Assembly: GCF_009834535.1 (NCBI RefSeq)
Contig: NC_045728.1
Location: 2,790,001-2,854,000 of the forward strand
DNA length: 64,000 bases
Reading direction: 5' to 3'
Origin: Camelus ferus
Lineage: Eukaryota
Below the pieces are notes generated by a model that saw only the letters and a program-made list of their open reading frames with translations, was not told the DNA's origin and searched no databases. The position numbers and the translations under genes were made by a program. Below are positions 1 to 12,787 of this stretch, in pieces. Position 1 is the stretch's first letter. Every line of letters starts with the position of its first letter.

Positions 1-134
1 GGGTCCCGATTTCAGAGCGGAGGCCCCGGCTCCGATCAGCACCCGTCCCCACGGTGGTTCTGCCGATGACACCAAGTGGTGCGTGGTGAGCTCGTGTCCC
101 GAGGTGGGCACGGCCACCATCCCCGGGGAGCCTC

Positions 135-270
135 CTCTTCGCCCGAACATCAGTTTACCTACATCCGAAAAACTGAAGAAACACCTGCCTGATGTGGTGG
201 TGAAGACAAAGTTGATGAGAGGCGCACGAGCGCTGCTCAGAGGAGTGTCAGGCGAGTGTGAGATGGTCCA
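135..270 (+). mobile_element. MIR SINE fragment, GC-drifted
   Basis: 'catcagtttacctacatccgaaaa...gtggtggtgaagacaaagttgatgag...gagcgctgctcagagg' follows the MIR core order from memory of the consensus. Confidence 0.5.
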
Positions 271-373
271 GTGCCCCCGAACCTGCCCTACTTCTATTTG
301 GAATCAAAAAGTTTTAAAGGAACCCCTGAATGGTATGACAGATGGGGTCCTGGTGGAGTCCTTCCTTTTTCCC

Positions 374-643
374 TTTTTAAAAAAATTTCTCTGTTACTGG
401 GGTAAGAACACTGCACATGCGACCTCCCCTCTAGAGTGCACCGTGAGGTCCTGCTACCTGCAGGCACAAGCTGTCCGCAGGCAGGGCTCTGGAACGTACT
501 CACCTTGCACAACTGACATGTTCCCCCTGTTGACAAGTAACTCTATTTGCCCACCCCACCCCACACAGCCCAGGCACCCACCGTTCCGTCCTGTGCTTCT
601 GTGAGATGGACTATTTCAGACCCTCCGTACGAGTGGAATCGTG
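374..643 (-). mobile_element. Old L1 (L1MA-type) 3' end with poly(A), minus strand
   Basis: T/A-rich tail at 365-390, then 'ggtaagaacactgcacatg...tctggaacgtactcaccttgcacaactga...gactatttcagaccctccgtacgagtggaatc', which is the reverse of the L1MA 3' UTR. Confidence 0.8.
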
Positions 644-933
644 AAACTAGCACATGATCCAACAACCTCACCTCTGGGCATTTATCAAAAAGAATTGAGG
701 TCAGGATCTTGAAGGGACACCGGCACCCCCGTGTTCACTGCAGCCTGGTCCGCAATAGCCAAGATGTGGGAGCAGCCTATGTGCCCGTTAACCGACTGTA
801 TAAAGAAAATCTTATATATATAATGGAATATTATTCAGCCTTAAACAGGAAAACCATCCTTCCATATGAGACAGCATGGGTGACCCTGGAGGACGTTGTG
901 CTGAGTGAAGTAAGCCAATCACAGAGGACACAC
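644..933 (+). mobile_element. Inverted 5' segment of the same L1 (ORF2 C-terminal region)
   Basis: Runs from 'aactagcacatgatccaacaacctcacctctgggcatttatc' to 'aagtaagccaatcacagaggacac'. Translation gives YIMEYYSALNRKTILPYETAWVTLEDVVLSEVSQ, a degenerate L1 ORF2p tail. Confidence 0.85.
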
Positions 934-1879
934 CTTTCTTTTCTTGTTTCTTATAATTGCACTGAGATAGTCAGATCAACTCTGGAGCCAAGAACCATGG
1001 TGCGGGTCCCCAGTTGTACCGCATGTCAGCTGTTACCTGGTTTCCTGCAGACTTCCCGAGCCCCGAGTCCCCTCACCCGAGCACAGGGTACGATACAGCC
1101 ACACGCCTCATGCATGGGGTGGGAGGACAAAGCAGGACAGCGTGTGAGGCTGTGCGTTCGAGCCACCGACGGGGCCTGGGCTGGAACCACCATCGTGCTC
1201 ATATCCCCGCCCTGCCAGCTGGAGGGCTCCTGCGGGAACCTGAGCCTTGGAGCCGGGCCTTCCTCGGGATGGTCTCCAGGCCCCGACGCGGCTGGCTCTG
1301 GGGCCGCCCAGCCCACTCTCCTGGCGCCATGAGCCTTCCCTCTGCTGCTCGGGAGCCTGGGGGATGCGAGTCTCTGGTCTCAGCTTAACGGGTCCCCTGG
1401 TTTTGCCGTGTCAGGCTGCTCAATTAGCAGCAAATCAAGATGTTCTGATGGAGCTGCCTCACATCGGGCCAGCCAGACCCCCCGCCTCCCCGCCAAGCCG
1501 GCAGATCGGGCCTGGCTGGGCCACCAGCTCCCCGTCCGCCCACAGGCCTCCTTGTTGGGTGCCAGTCTCTCACCTGAATTCTCCAAGTCCTGTTTACCTC
1601 TGGCTGCCGTCCTGCGGGCTGTCAGCACCTGTCCCGGCTCAGCTGTGCCTGCCCGCGGGCTCCCTCTCATTAGCAGGGGCACCTGCCAGCTGGCGGATGC
1701 GGCGTGGGGAGCCCTGCCGCCCTCCAGAGCGCCCCTCCCGTCCTGCCCTAGGGCCCCTGCCCCCGCATCTCTGGCCTGGGACTGGGTCTCGGACCCTCTG
1801 CGCTGCCCGCCTGCGCTCTCCCAAGGCTCACGGGGGGGCTCTGGCAGCTGGGCTTCCCCTGGCGACTTTGGAGGAGACA

Positions 1880-2059
1880 ATGCACTACCTCAAGCACGGC
1901 CTGAGCCCGGAGCCGTCTTCTGAGTCTATTCTGGCGAAGAGCGTAGCGCAGGTGAACGGCAGCGCCCGGGGGGGCGCGGTGCTCCAGCCAGCGGCTGAGC
2001 CACCGCGGACACGCGGAGCCTGGCGAGCGCGCGCGCACGGAAGCTCTTCCTGTCTTTAG
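1880..2059 (+). other. CpG-rich patch containing a 59-codon ORF with coding-like codon bias (unverified)
   Basis: ATG at 1880 with A at -3. 30 of the first 36 codons after the ATG end in G or C. Peptide begins MHYLKHGLSPEPSSESILAKSVAQVNG. No recognised homologue. Confidence 0.15.
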
Positions 2060-5000
2060 CCAGAGACTCGGGCTGCTCGCCTTCCCTTCCAGACCCCTAC
2101 CCTTTGTCACCTTTGCACCCTGCTGTAAATGCCAGGGGTGCTGGGGGCGGGGGAGCACCTGGGGCGGGAGAGAAGGACCAGGGCATTACTCACCCCTGTG
2201 CTGGGGCTACCCGGCCTGGTGGCCCCTCGGGGCCCCGCCCTGGGCCATGCTGGGGAACAAAGCAGAGCACCCAGGAGGCGGGGGTCCAGCAGGGAGGCAA
2301 GCCTCGTGCACAAGACAGAACCAGCGCAGGTGGCATGCATCTCAGCCGGGAGGGGGGCGGGATGCGGACCTGGTCCTAAGGCCAAGGAGTTAAAGGAGGG
2401 CCAGCAGAGGGCAGAGGCCTTGCCTCTGTTAGGCCTTGGAATAAACCAGGTTCAGTCCCTAACTGCCTTTCCCTGGGGTGGCCTTCCACAAGAGGGCTGC
2501 TCTGGAAATACTGACTTCGTTAACATGAGTCCTTGGGAAACATGGCTGGGAAGGTGAGAAAACCTGCCCGTGCCTGGGAGGAGGGTCACCCGCACAGTTC
2601 CTGCTTCCCCTGAGGGTCAGATGTGCGGGTCCGTTCCTGCCTTCTAGGGGCGTCACAGTGACTTGAAGCGAAGCCATTCCTCCCCCTTCTCCCACGTCTC
2701 TCTCCTCGTCCAACCTCAGATAGACTGGACATCCACGGGGGCTGCGGGCTGGGGGCCGGAAGGCTCGGTCTGCAGGCGCCACCGGCTCCCTTGCCCTCCC
2801 GGGGAAGGGGAGGGTCTCGGGGAGCTGCCGCTGCTTTAGCGGGGCCTCCCATGGGGAAGCCCTCTGCGCATCAGCCACGCAAACTCCTCTGTTGTGATAG
2901 TCCGTTACCGCTCCTCAGCACCTGCACAGCTTCCTGGGGCTGCTTCCTGGGGCTGTGGCCGGGACCCTGGTCTGTCTTCTCTCAGCAGACGTCCACAGAG
3001 GTGTGATTCCTCAAAAGGCAATTCGAGTTCATCTTCAGGCCAGTAAGATGCTGACCCACCCCAAGGACCCTATCACAAATGCCTGGAGGAGGACACCTCT
3101 TCTCGGCTGGAGCGAGGGCCAGCAAGGCGCCCGCCCTGAGCAGTCTGGGGGAAGTGGCTGGCGGTGGGGTGGAGCAGAGAAAGGACCAGAACCTGGAACG
3201 CGGTTATCATAGCTCGTGTCCACACCCCTGTTCATCTCATCTCTGCCCTCCCCAGGCCTCGTCCACCCAGGCCAGGGGACACCTCCCTCCCCACCAGCCC
3301 TTCCCATGTCCGGGGCAGTGGCACAGGCTGACGGAAACGTACGTGGCCTCTTTTGCTTCATAACCTTGGACGTCTGTGGCTGTTTTATTTGACCACAATG
3401 ACGCTAATCCCTTTCTACTCCAGTAGATTTATCTCCAGGAAGTGGTCGCCGCCCATAGGAGAGCTTAGGGGACAGGCGGGGAAGTGGACACAGGACATGC
3501 CCAGGATTGTGCAGGGCCCCAGACCACAGCAAATGAGCTAGACCTCTTCCCAGGAACTCTGAGCTCCTGGGAAGCCAGAAAGGACCCCCAAGGCATAGAA
3601 GTAAGACCAGAGCCCGAAACATTTTCAGAAAACAGTGTGGAGAAAAAAAGGCAGTGGTGGGTCCTGTCTTAAACAGTGACTTGATGGCTTTAAATTCAAC
3701 TTTAAATTCATCCCATCTTCACCCCCAATACACCCACGTCTCGCTGGCTCTTCTTAAAGGGGTCGTGCGGGAACCACATTTTACAGCACATGAACGTCAG
3801 TAGGGCAGGACCTAAAGGCTAAACCTCTTCAGCCTTTTCTGGTTTTGAAATAACTTCTGGTGATTAGCTGTCAGACGAACATGACTGGGGAGGTAAACAC
3901 GCACACACACCCCCCCCCATGCATGGCTGGGAGGTGGGGTTGCCTGCACGGCCACTGCTTCCTTCGAGGGTCAGACGGGGGCAAATTCCCTGAAGGGTCC
4001 CAGGCTGAGAGCAGCTGATGCGAGCAGAGAACCTGGCCTGTTCTAACCTGCACGAGCACTCCGCAGCGTGGAGCATCCCTGTACAGAGGCCGTGATGGGT
4101 CAGCGTTGTCCTGAGGGCAGGGGTGGATGCCTGGGCACAGGGGCCCCTGCACTGCGTTCCCCCTGAGCTGCCAGGTGGGCAGAGGTACCAGGATGGAGTC
4201 ATCTCCCGGCAGCAGACCGCAGCATCCTGCCCCTGGCCCTCCCTGCTGGCTTCTGGAGCTCCTCCAAAGACAGCAGCAGGCACCGCTGGCTAATTGCTCT
4301 GAAATAGCCAGGCTCCATTTCAGGGTGTGGCTTGCTTTTGCTCTCGTTGCTGGCAAATGAATCCTCCTAGGGATTATAATAACCCTGTCCTGGCTGTGTT
4401 CCCCGGAATCTTGGCCTCTTTCCCTGGCACGCATCCCAAAAGGGATGGAAGTCTCTTAGTATTTATCCCCTTGAAGATTCCCCGTGCCGGCCTGGCTCCC
4501 AGCCACTCCGCACACAGACGGCCCTCTTCCTCCACTTCTCCCCGGAGCAGATCCCACCCTGGCTCCCCCAAGCCCACTGCCCTTGAGGCTGCTGCCTTCC
4601 TGCTGGGGCTGCCCCCTGCTCTCCTCCCACCCCCACCTCTCAGTCAACGTCTTCATCCCGGTGAGTGTTTTTCCCACCAATAAGCCTAAGGTACCAAGGG
4701 AAGAACCAGGGTGCTTTCTTTGCAACAAAGAGCAGGTGGAGAGACTGCTTCCTCGAAGGGCTGACTATCTTGGTCCTTCCTCCTAACAAGCACAAGGCTC
4801 TGAGATCAGCGGACGCAGGGACATCTTGGACCTGCCCCTGAGAACCTTGACGTGCCCTGATGGGTAGTGATACCGTGCTGGAGAGCAGAGGCGGGAGCAG
4901 TTCAAAGGCTCACCTGCTGTGTGATGCTACTGGCGGTCATTCTGTGTATCTGTCCCATCCCACCCCACCTGCCCACCTGCCTGAGCTCCTTGGAGACGGG

Positions 5001-5119
5001 ACCAGATCACATTCTTTGCAGCTAATACCAGCAGCTCCTCATCCCTAGTCACCAAGGATGGCATCAGGGTAGGGAGTGCCTAGCACAGGCCTGGCACAGA
5101 GTTAAAAACTCTAACTCTA

Positions 5120-5690
5120 AAAGACACACACATNNNNNNNNNNNNNNNNNNNNNNNNNNNNNNNNNNNNNNNNNNNNNNNNNNNNNNNNNNNNNNNNNNN
5201 NNNNNNNNNNNNNNNNNNNNNNNNNNNNNNNNNNNNNNNNNNNNNNNNNNNNNNNNNNNNNNNNNNNNNNNNNNNNNNNNNNNNNNNNNNNNNNNNNNNN
5301 NNNNNNNNNNNNNNNNNNGAAGGAAGCCAGACAGAGAAAAATACATGTGATATCACTTCTATGTGGAATCTAAAAAAAAACAAATGACCCAAATGGACTT
5401 ATCTACAAAACAGAAACAGACTCACAGACATAGAAAACAAACTTATGGTTACCAAAGGGGAAAGAGGGTGGGAAGGGATAAACTAGGAGTTTGGAATTAG
5501 CAGATATAAAACTACTATATATAGGATAGATAAACAGCAAGGTCTTACTGTACAGCTCAGAGAACTATATTCAATATCTTGTCATAGCCTACAATGGAAA
5601 AGAATATATATATATGTATAACTGAATCACTATGCTATGCAGAGAAACTAGCACAACGTTGTAAATCAACTATGCCTCAATTTAAAAAAC
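5120..5690 (+). mobile_element. Young L1 3' end, 5'-truncated, with an internal N-run
   Basis: 'aaagacacacat' then N(185) then 'cagacagagaaaaatac...gtggaatctaaaa...cagactcacagacatagaaaacaaacttatggttacc...caactatgcctcaatttaaaaa'. Confidence 0.9.
5134..5318. other. N-run (185 nt) inside L1
   Basis: Ns seen directly; both flanks are L1 ORF2 end / 3' UTR. Confidence 0.95.
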
Positions 5691-7899
5691 CTCTCAGTAA
5701 GCCCCTGGCGCAGGCTGGCCGGCGACGGCCCGGCTTGCCCACTCCCAGCAGAGCCCTTTCACAGGGGGTCACTCAGAATGTGAGGCGGCCCAGTGGGGGA
5801 ACATTTTTCTTTCACTCAGTCCTTGGCCACTAAGCACAGTGGGGACTGGGTGAGAGGGTTTGTGGCTGGGTGCTGGCAATGCCATCATTACTTCGGGAGA
5901 CAACACTGAGTGGCTTGGGAGTGTCATTTTGGTAAAGGAAGGACAGCATCTTCTACTTAAGTCACTCCTACGAGTGCAGGCCGAGGCTCGGGAAGATGCC
6001 CCGCTGCTTGCCTCTGGGAAGCCCTCCTCCCAACAGAGCCCACACTTGGCACCTCCACGCAGACCTGCGATTACACACCGGCCACACGGGTCGGCGGGGC
6101 CGTCCCTTCCTTCCCGACTGTCCGCTCCTCGTTGCTCTCCACTCTGTAACCCAGGCCTGTGGCCTCCCTGACAACGACGCTGGGACATTGCCTGTGGGTA
6201 CCTTTGCCAACTCAGTATTGGTTCTCCACGGCAACTGAGATACAATCATAATAAACAGCAGCAATTAAGGCAGCGTACAAGAGCTTGCAGAAAACCTTTA
6301 TCTGGCTGAAAACTCCAACGAGTGGCGCTTTAACAGAAGAAGGGCTGTGGGCGCACCCAGAGGGAGTCTGTATGGGAAATGGAACTGTTTTCAAGCAGCA
6401 GTTGTGACTTCCCCACATTCAGAGCAAATCCGTGGCTGCACCAGCCAGACTCGCCCCGTGCAGTGGATTGCGGAGGCAGCTGGAAGACAGACAACCGGGC
6501 ACACGCGGGAGCCTGGGACCGGGGCAGGGATTGTGTGGTTGAGTCAGACGCGTAGCCGGGAAGAAGGTGACTGCTGCTCGATCCCTCTCACGCAGGGTCA
6601 GGCGGACCCCCACGGGGCTGACTGAGGGCGGAGCCCCCAGGGGACGGCGCTCTGTGCTCCGGGTAAAGAGGGAAACTGCTCTTCCCGCTGGCCTCCCCGA
6701 GGAGGCCGTTCGGGGCAGGAAACACACACCTTTCCTGCCAGAGGAACACGGATGGGCAGAGGAACCTGCCAATTAGCAGCCTGAGCTACCTTCACCTCCG
6801 CAAGCCTTTCCCCACCTGTTAAAGGGATGGATACACCTGTTTCATTTATTCTGAGAAATAAACGAAGAAACAAATGGGAGGGACTTGTCACCACGTGTAG
6901 CACATAGTCGGTGCTAAGAGACGTTCGTAGCTTACAAGGCGTCTGCAAGTAAACCACCCCGGCTGGGCCGGGGGCCGGGGGCAGGAGGGGCCGGAGGAAG
7001 TGAGCTGGAGTCTGGGGTGACCCTGGACGTGGTCTTTCGCACCCCGCCTGGGGGCAGAGGCTAGCCCCGTGGCCGTGACTGCCGGGCTCTGCTCTGCGTC
7101 GCCATCTTCACTTCTCCCTTCAGGATCCAGTCTGCAGGCTGACGGTGGTGCTGCCAGAAGGGTACTTGGCACTTTCCAAAGGAGGAAGTGATCCCTGAGC
7201 CTTCAGCGAAGGCAAACTCTGTTGCTTGTTCAGTGACTCCTTGAAGAAAGATAAATAAGAACAAGAAATAGTCTTGTCTTCTGAAACAAGATGGCCCGTC
7301 CTCACCAGCTAAGCCCGTTTTCAGCAGCATGAAGCAGAAAGTTCAAAGGTCCCCAACCCACATGCCACGTTCTCCCTAAACCCTATGCCTTCTTTTCTCC
7401 CAGTGACTGAGAGGCCACCTGTCCTCACGTCTGCATGGGCTCAGCGCGCCCTGACCACAGGGGTAGAGGCAGCCCATCATCCATCATGCAGGCCTTGTCT
7501 CCTGCCCGTAGTGCGAGGGCCGATCCTGCACCATCACGGCCCTTCCTTCCTTAAGCCCCCAGGCCCTGGCCTGCTTACCTGCATGTGCTTCTCAAGAAGA
7601 AACAAGGAGAGTCCTCTGCGGCGATAAAAAGATATGAAAGATGAAGCTATTTCTGGGGGTGAAGACGGGCATTTGAAATCCAAGGCAGCATCGTTTAGTG
7701 CAAGAAATATCTCACCATTGGCCTTTATGGGTTCTTGTGGCCATGATAAGCCAGCAGCCACTCCAGGAACAAATGATGCACTGATGTTGGAGCTGAAGGA
7801 ACGAGCAGGGGGAGGTCCGTGCCCTGCGGTGTCCTCCTCTCAGTGTCGGCAGCAGGGACTGTCACTGCCTCACAGGTGTCACAACACTGGTGTCTTCCT

Positions 7900-8600
7900 G
7901 ACGTCGGAACCAGATTTCAATTAGCTGAACAAATGTGTTTAGTGTTGCTACAGACCATCTCAAAGCCATTTGTGTTTGGCTTCATAATGCATTGTGGCAG
8001 GGAAGTGGGATGGGGGGGAGGTGGTGGTGGGGAGGTCTGAGTAGGAGAGACTGGCTGAAGATTTATCTTTCTAATTATGCTTTGCTTAGGGCTAATATTA
8101 AAATTAGTTTTAATTCCCTGAGCACACAGCAGCTCTGGAACACGCTGGGCATTGGGGAGGCTGGCCTAGGGTTTTAAATTTGTTTAGGAGAGACACACTG
8201 GGGGAATGGCGGCTCGGCTGTTAAAGTCCAGTTCTTCGGCCACCGGGCTGGCCCGAGACCTCCAAGTGTCCATCCCAGCCTGCCGTCCGCGTCATTCACA
8301 CGAGGAGGCTGGGAGGGGACAGTCACGCTGCCCTGGACTTGCATGGCCACATGGCTTCAGCAGGGGCACCACACAGCTCTTTGTGATGGCTCTGGGGCAA
8401 AATAACCCTAGATATGGTAAATAGTGTGCAATTACTAGCTTAATGCCGAGCGGCATGTCTCCTTTGCCCCCAGTACCAGGATGTGTTGAGCTAATGACTT
8501 TTGCACCCGCTGAGCGTAATTAGTGAGTAATCTGCTCGGCTGTGTAATTATGGGTAAACACATGGTATTTACCAATAACTTCCTGCGAGGGAAGCACCAG
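7900..8600. promoter_or_regulatory. Candidate developmental enhancer (homeodomain/FOX motif cluster)
   Basis: Repeat-free AT-rich islands. TAATTA at 8517-8522 and 8545-8550, further TAAT/ATTA cores at 8072, 8095-8113 and 8430-8495, and FOX GTAAACA at 8554-8560. Confidence 0.45.
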
Positions 8601-8849
8601 TGAACACTAACAGGTAGCCATCCGAACTAAGACCAGGTAGAACGAGAGCTAGCCTGGACTTTGGCTTGAATCTAGACTCTAGTGGAAACTTTCTCGGAAG
8701 AATATCATTTACTTGGCGACCAAGCTCCCTGCCAAGAGTGCGCCCTCCTGGCTTTTAATCCAGCCTCGAACACCAACAGCCAGCATGCCAGGACATCGTG
8801 TTTGCGTATGAGGAACGGCCACGTCTAGGAAGCGGGAGAGCTCCGTGAG

Positions 8850-8990
8850 TCTGTATCCGGGACGCGGAGCGGGCCGCTCACGCCTGGCCCCAGTCTCCTA
8901 ATCTGTAAAATGGAGACAAGCCCCACGCGTGGGCTCCTTCTGTCTAGTGAGTGAAACGATTAACATGGGAGCAGGGCTAGAAATAGAAGA
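8850..8990 (+). mobile_element. MIR fragment
   Basis: 'cagtctcctaatctgtaaaatggagacaa...gtgaaacgattaacatg' MIR core. Confidence 0.65.
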
Positions 8991-9217
8991 AGGTTCACAT
9001 GCGAATGTTATTAAAACTATTATTCCAGCCTGGCTGACACTTTGGGAGCCTGGGACTCTTACAAGGGAAATTATAGGCGAGACAGACATGGTTAGACAGG
9101 GGCGGACCCCACCCCCACGTCGCTGCTCCAGCCCCAGGGGCGGGATCTAGAAAACCCTGAGCGCTAAGAAGAGGGTAGAGGCTGCTTGCCTTGCATCTCC
9201 CCCTCGCAGGCACCCAG

Positions 9218-9239
9218 ACACACACACACGCACACACAC
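9218..9239. repeat. Short interrupted (CA)n microsatellite
   Basis: 'acacacacacacgcacacacac'. Confidence 0.85.
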
Positions 9240-12200
9240 TGCACACAGTGTGCCACTCTTGCAAACTTCCTCATGCATAAGATATCACAAGTACTGATCT
9301 CAGGCAGGACGCAGAGGGCTTTATTCCAGGTCTGAAGACTCCCCAAATACGGCCAGTGTTTGACCTGAGCTTCCGGCAGAGCGTTTAAGGCATTTTGGCC
9401 ACAGCCCCATCCCCACCCCGACGTCCGCACTTGCCCCGATCCTGGCCATAAAGTCTAAGCACCCAGGACGTGAACAGAAGGGGCGCCTGCCGGAAGCGGA
9501 AGGCGACTCCGGGAGCCTGGGATGAAACCACCGCTGCCACAGGCCATTCCTGTGTGCCAGGCTCCCCCGTTCCTCTCCCCCTCGACGCCGCCACCCCGAC
9601 ATTCGCCTCCCCCCTCACTCCGATCCCCTAGCTATATTCCTTCTGGGTGCCGGACTTGACCACCAGGCTTTCCAGGGTTGTCCCTGCAAGGCCAAGGGCC
9701 CCAACCCCAGTGAGCTAATCCCAGGGGCCCCGGAACGGGGGGCTTAAAGGGCCAGCTGTGGGTGGAGCCCAGGTCCCCCTTCACAGGGGCTGTGCCCTAA
9801 CCAGGCTGGCTCACGACCCACCTGCACGGAGTTCACACGGCACCACTGCTGTTTCCGGGGGCTGATCCTGACACTACAGCTCAGTGACGGACGCAAAGCA
9901 GGTGAGCGAGCTCCGCCGCTCGCAGGGGAGACCGCGGGGCTCGGGGAGCCGTCTGCCTTGTTCACCGCGGGGATCAGGGTTCGGAGAGGCAACTGTTCTG
10001 TTTACCAACCCGCCCCGTCATGTCTGAAAAACTCTAGGAATTTCAGAGCAACATGTGCGAATTTTAAGGTTAAAAAGTAATCTGATGCCAAGGCCTCAGT
10101 GGGGCACCACAGGTGGCCAGAGTGCGACACCCACACCGGGTTTGCTGACTGGAGAGCAGGTCCCCTTGGAAGCCCTATTTTTCGCCGCTGCTGGGCAGCG
10201 CCTGTCCTCCTGGGACTAAAAAGTGGAAACACGTGACGCCCAGAAGTGGGGCTGCGCCTGGAACGAACACCTACTCCTTTTTGCCTTGATGTAAAATAGG
10301 ATAACCTGCTGCTTATTTTTAGCTCCATTCCGTAAAAATCTCAAGATTGGTTTATACAGAAAAAAAATTGTGTTTTCAATTTTATCCCTAAATGATTGTG
10401 GGGAAGGACTGCTTTCTGCTTCCCTCATTTTCACCCTTTCCAGTTTCCGTAGAAACAGGGGAACCTCCCGTAGCAGTGTCCCCCTGGGTGAACCAGAGGA
10501 TGAAGACGTTAGGTCTCACACCCCAGACCCTGACTCATCCCTGTGGTACTTAGAGATGGTGTGCAGCCAAAACTTTTCTCCCCATTTTGCAAACAGGAAG
10601 AGTAAGACATAAAGGACGTAAGAAGGAGCTCCCAGGGACCACCGGCCGGCTTCCTGAGAACGGCCCCCTGGAGCCAGTGTGCGGGCAGGAGTTCACTGCA
10701 GGAGCCCACGGGCAGAGCGCGGGGCAAGGAGATGAAGGTCAGGAAAGGGGAGGCATCTCCAGTCAACCCAAGCTCAAGGCCCTTCAAACTCCTTGCCAAT
10801 GGAGGACACATCCATTCATCAAAGACCGTGGGTCCCAGCAAAGAGCTCCAGGTCTGGGAATTCCCACCACAGCAGGCACATCGGATTTCAGACATCTGCC
10901 CCGACGCAGGGATGCAGTCCTCACCGCCATCGTCCCTCCCACTTCCAAACATAGTACACACCTGCCCACAGACAGTGCCCTTCACCAGCCCCCCACCTCT
11001 AAGGGTCACCGACTGGACTTCTTCTGGGCCCTCTGCAGGGTTCAGTTGTCCCGGCAGTGATGCACGGTCCCTCTCGGGAGCCCAGGCACGGCCACGCGGG
11101 CAGCCCCTCCCAGCAGCTGCTCCCCTCTGCGCGGCCACGGTACTCTCCCCTCGAGAGCGCAAACTCAGAGCTGTCACAGCCCTGTCAACCAGATGGGAGG
11201 CCAGCCACAAAGCGCTTAATGCCTCCTGCGAGGACAGGGCCTTCGTCACATCAGGCTTTCCAAGAGCCTCTGTGGAGGGGTGGGTGGGGCCACGCTGTCA
11301 CTGTGGTCACTGAAGGGGAAAGGGGCCTTCTTGTCCCCAGGCTCCGGTTGGTAACCAGCCCTCCCCCCTCCATCAACCCCTCCCCTCCAGTCCCTTCTGC
11401 TGTCACAGCCTGGCCGCTGCCGGCAGGCCACCGTGTGGTGATGGCGCAGCGTCTCCCGCGAGCCGACGTTCCAGATGGTTCCAGATGTCGGGAGCTCGCC
11501 CTCAGGTAGGGCCCTGCTGGATGTTTCTGGCTTTAACTCCTCAGCAGAGGTTTCCGTCCCGTCCCACAGTGACAGGTGCATTGCTCCGCGTTTGCTCCTG
11601 TGTTTCCCCGTCAGTGGCAATTATGGAAGGGCTGCTGGCTGCTTGTACGGCCCCACCAGTTCTGGTCCTGACACATCTCAGACGGAGAGGAGCCCAGAAG
11701 AATGGCGAAGCCCGGTGAGAGAGGGCTGGAGATGGCAGAGCAGCGCGGAGAGGGACAGACGTCCAGGCCTTATGGTGCTTGTACACTTGCAAGGACGGGT
11801 GGGGACCGGCAGATGTTTCCTGGGAGCACTTGTCAGCCCAGGCTTCCTGATCAGGTCTGGGAGGGGGCCTGCGGGGTGGCGGGGGTCCAGGCCCAGGTGT
11901 AGAGGATTGTGTCTGCTCAGCCCAAAGCTGCCACCCGCCTTGTCCACCTGCGACCTTGGGAGAGTCACTCCCCTTACCTGCTCCTACCTCCCCGGTTTTG
12001 AAATGAGGACAAGCAGCTTCCAGCCTCCAGAAAGGAGGGAAGAATGCCTGGCACATTGTGCATGCCCGGAGGACAGATCCCACCCGGAGCCCCGGGTCGC
12101 ATGCTTCCCAGGGACCGGAGTGCATCTGGCTCGCCCATGAGTATTTCTTCTCTTACAGAAGAAAAGGCCTGTCAGACCCAGCAGGCCGCCCTCTGCAAAG

Positions 12201-12787
12201 CACAACCCCCTCCCCAGCCACCTTTTCTTTTTGTAATCTACAACAAATTCATAACACAAAGGTGCTTTTTTATTTCATTTTGTCGATAAACCTGGCAATG
12301 GAAATACCAATTTGAACAGCAATTTTCCCCCTGGTCTGAGCTGAAATTGGCTCTGGATGAATTGGTTCTCAGCTTCTACGTGTCAATTCTCTCCCGACCC
12401 CTCGCTCCTACAGACAGTCGTGGGACGTCCCCTGCTTCTGGTCCACTTCTCTGCTCAAACCTTTGGTTCCTGGAAATGACACCCATTTCATGGCACTGAT
12501 GCCAACACCTTCTGCTCCAAAGCCCAGTCACAAACAGTACACTGCTCCCAGGGACAGTGGGAAGATTGGGGACCACAGAGCCAGTGGTGGGAGGAGGGGT
12601 AGCCCATCCAGGCAGGGTGGCACTGGGACTTAGAAGACAGATGTCCTGAGGCGCAACCTAGGCTGTCCCACTGTCACACACTGACTTCTGGAAACACTGC
12701 TCAGATCCCAGCCAAGCCCTGAGACCCAGTGACAGGTTTAGGTTCTGGTAGAGTCTAAACAATTCTGAGACTGACACCCTCCTATAA

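Noticed and set aside
709-1332. 207-aa ORF
   Set aside because: The first third is degenerate L1 ORF2, and the rest is low-information GC-rich read-through.
7100-7170. Good acceptor at 7123 with a 38-nt exon candidate
   Set aside because: The only nearby donor (agg|gtactt) is weak and the peptide is unrecognised.
10509-12140. Several overlapping 150-250 aa ORFs on both strands (similar clusters at 58.6-59.3 kb and 49.2-49.8 kb)
   Set aside because: They are open in many frames at once, are Pro/Gly/Arg/Ala/Ser-rich, and show no domain or consistent splice structure. This is expected from stop-codon scarcity at high GC.
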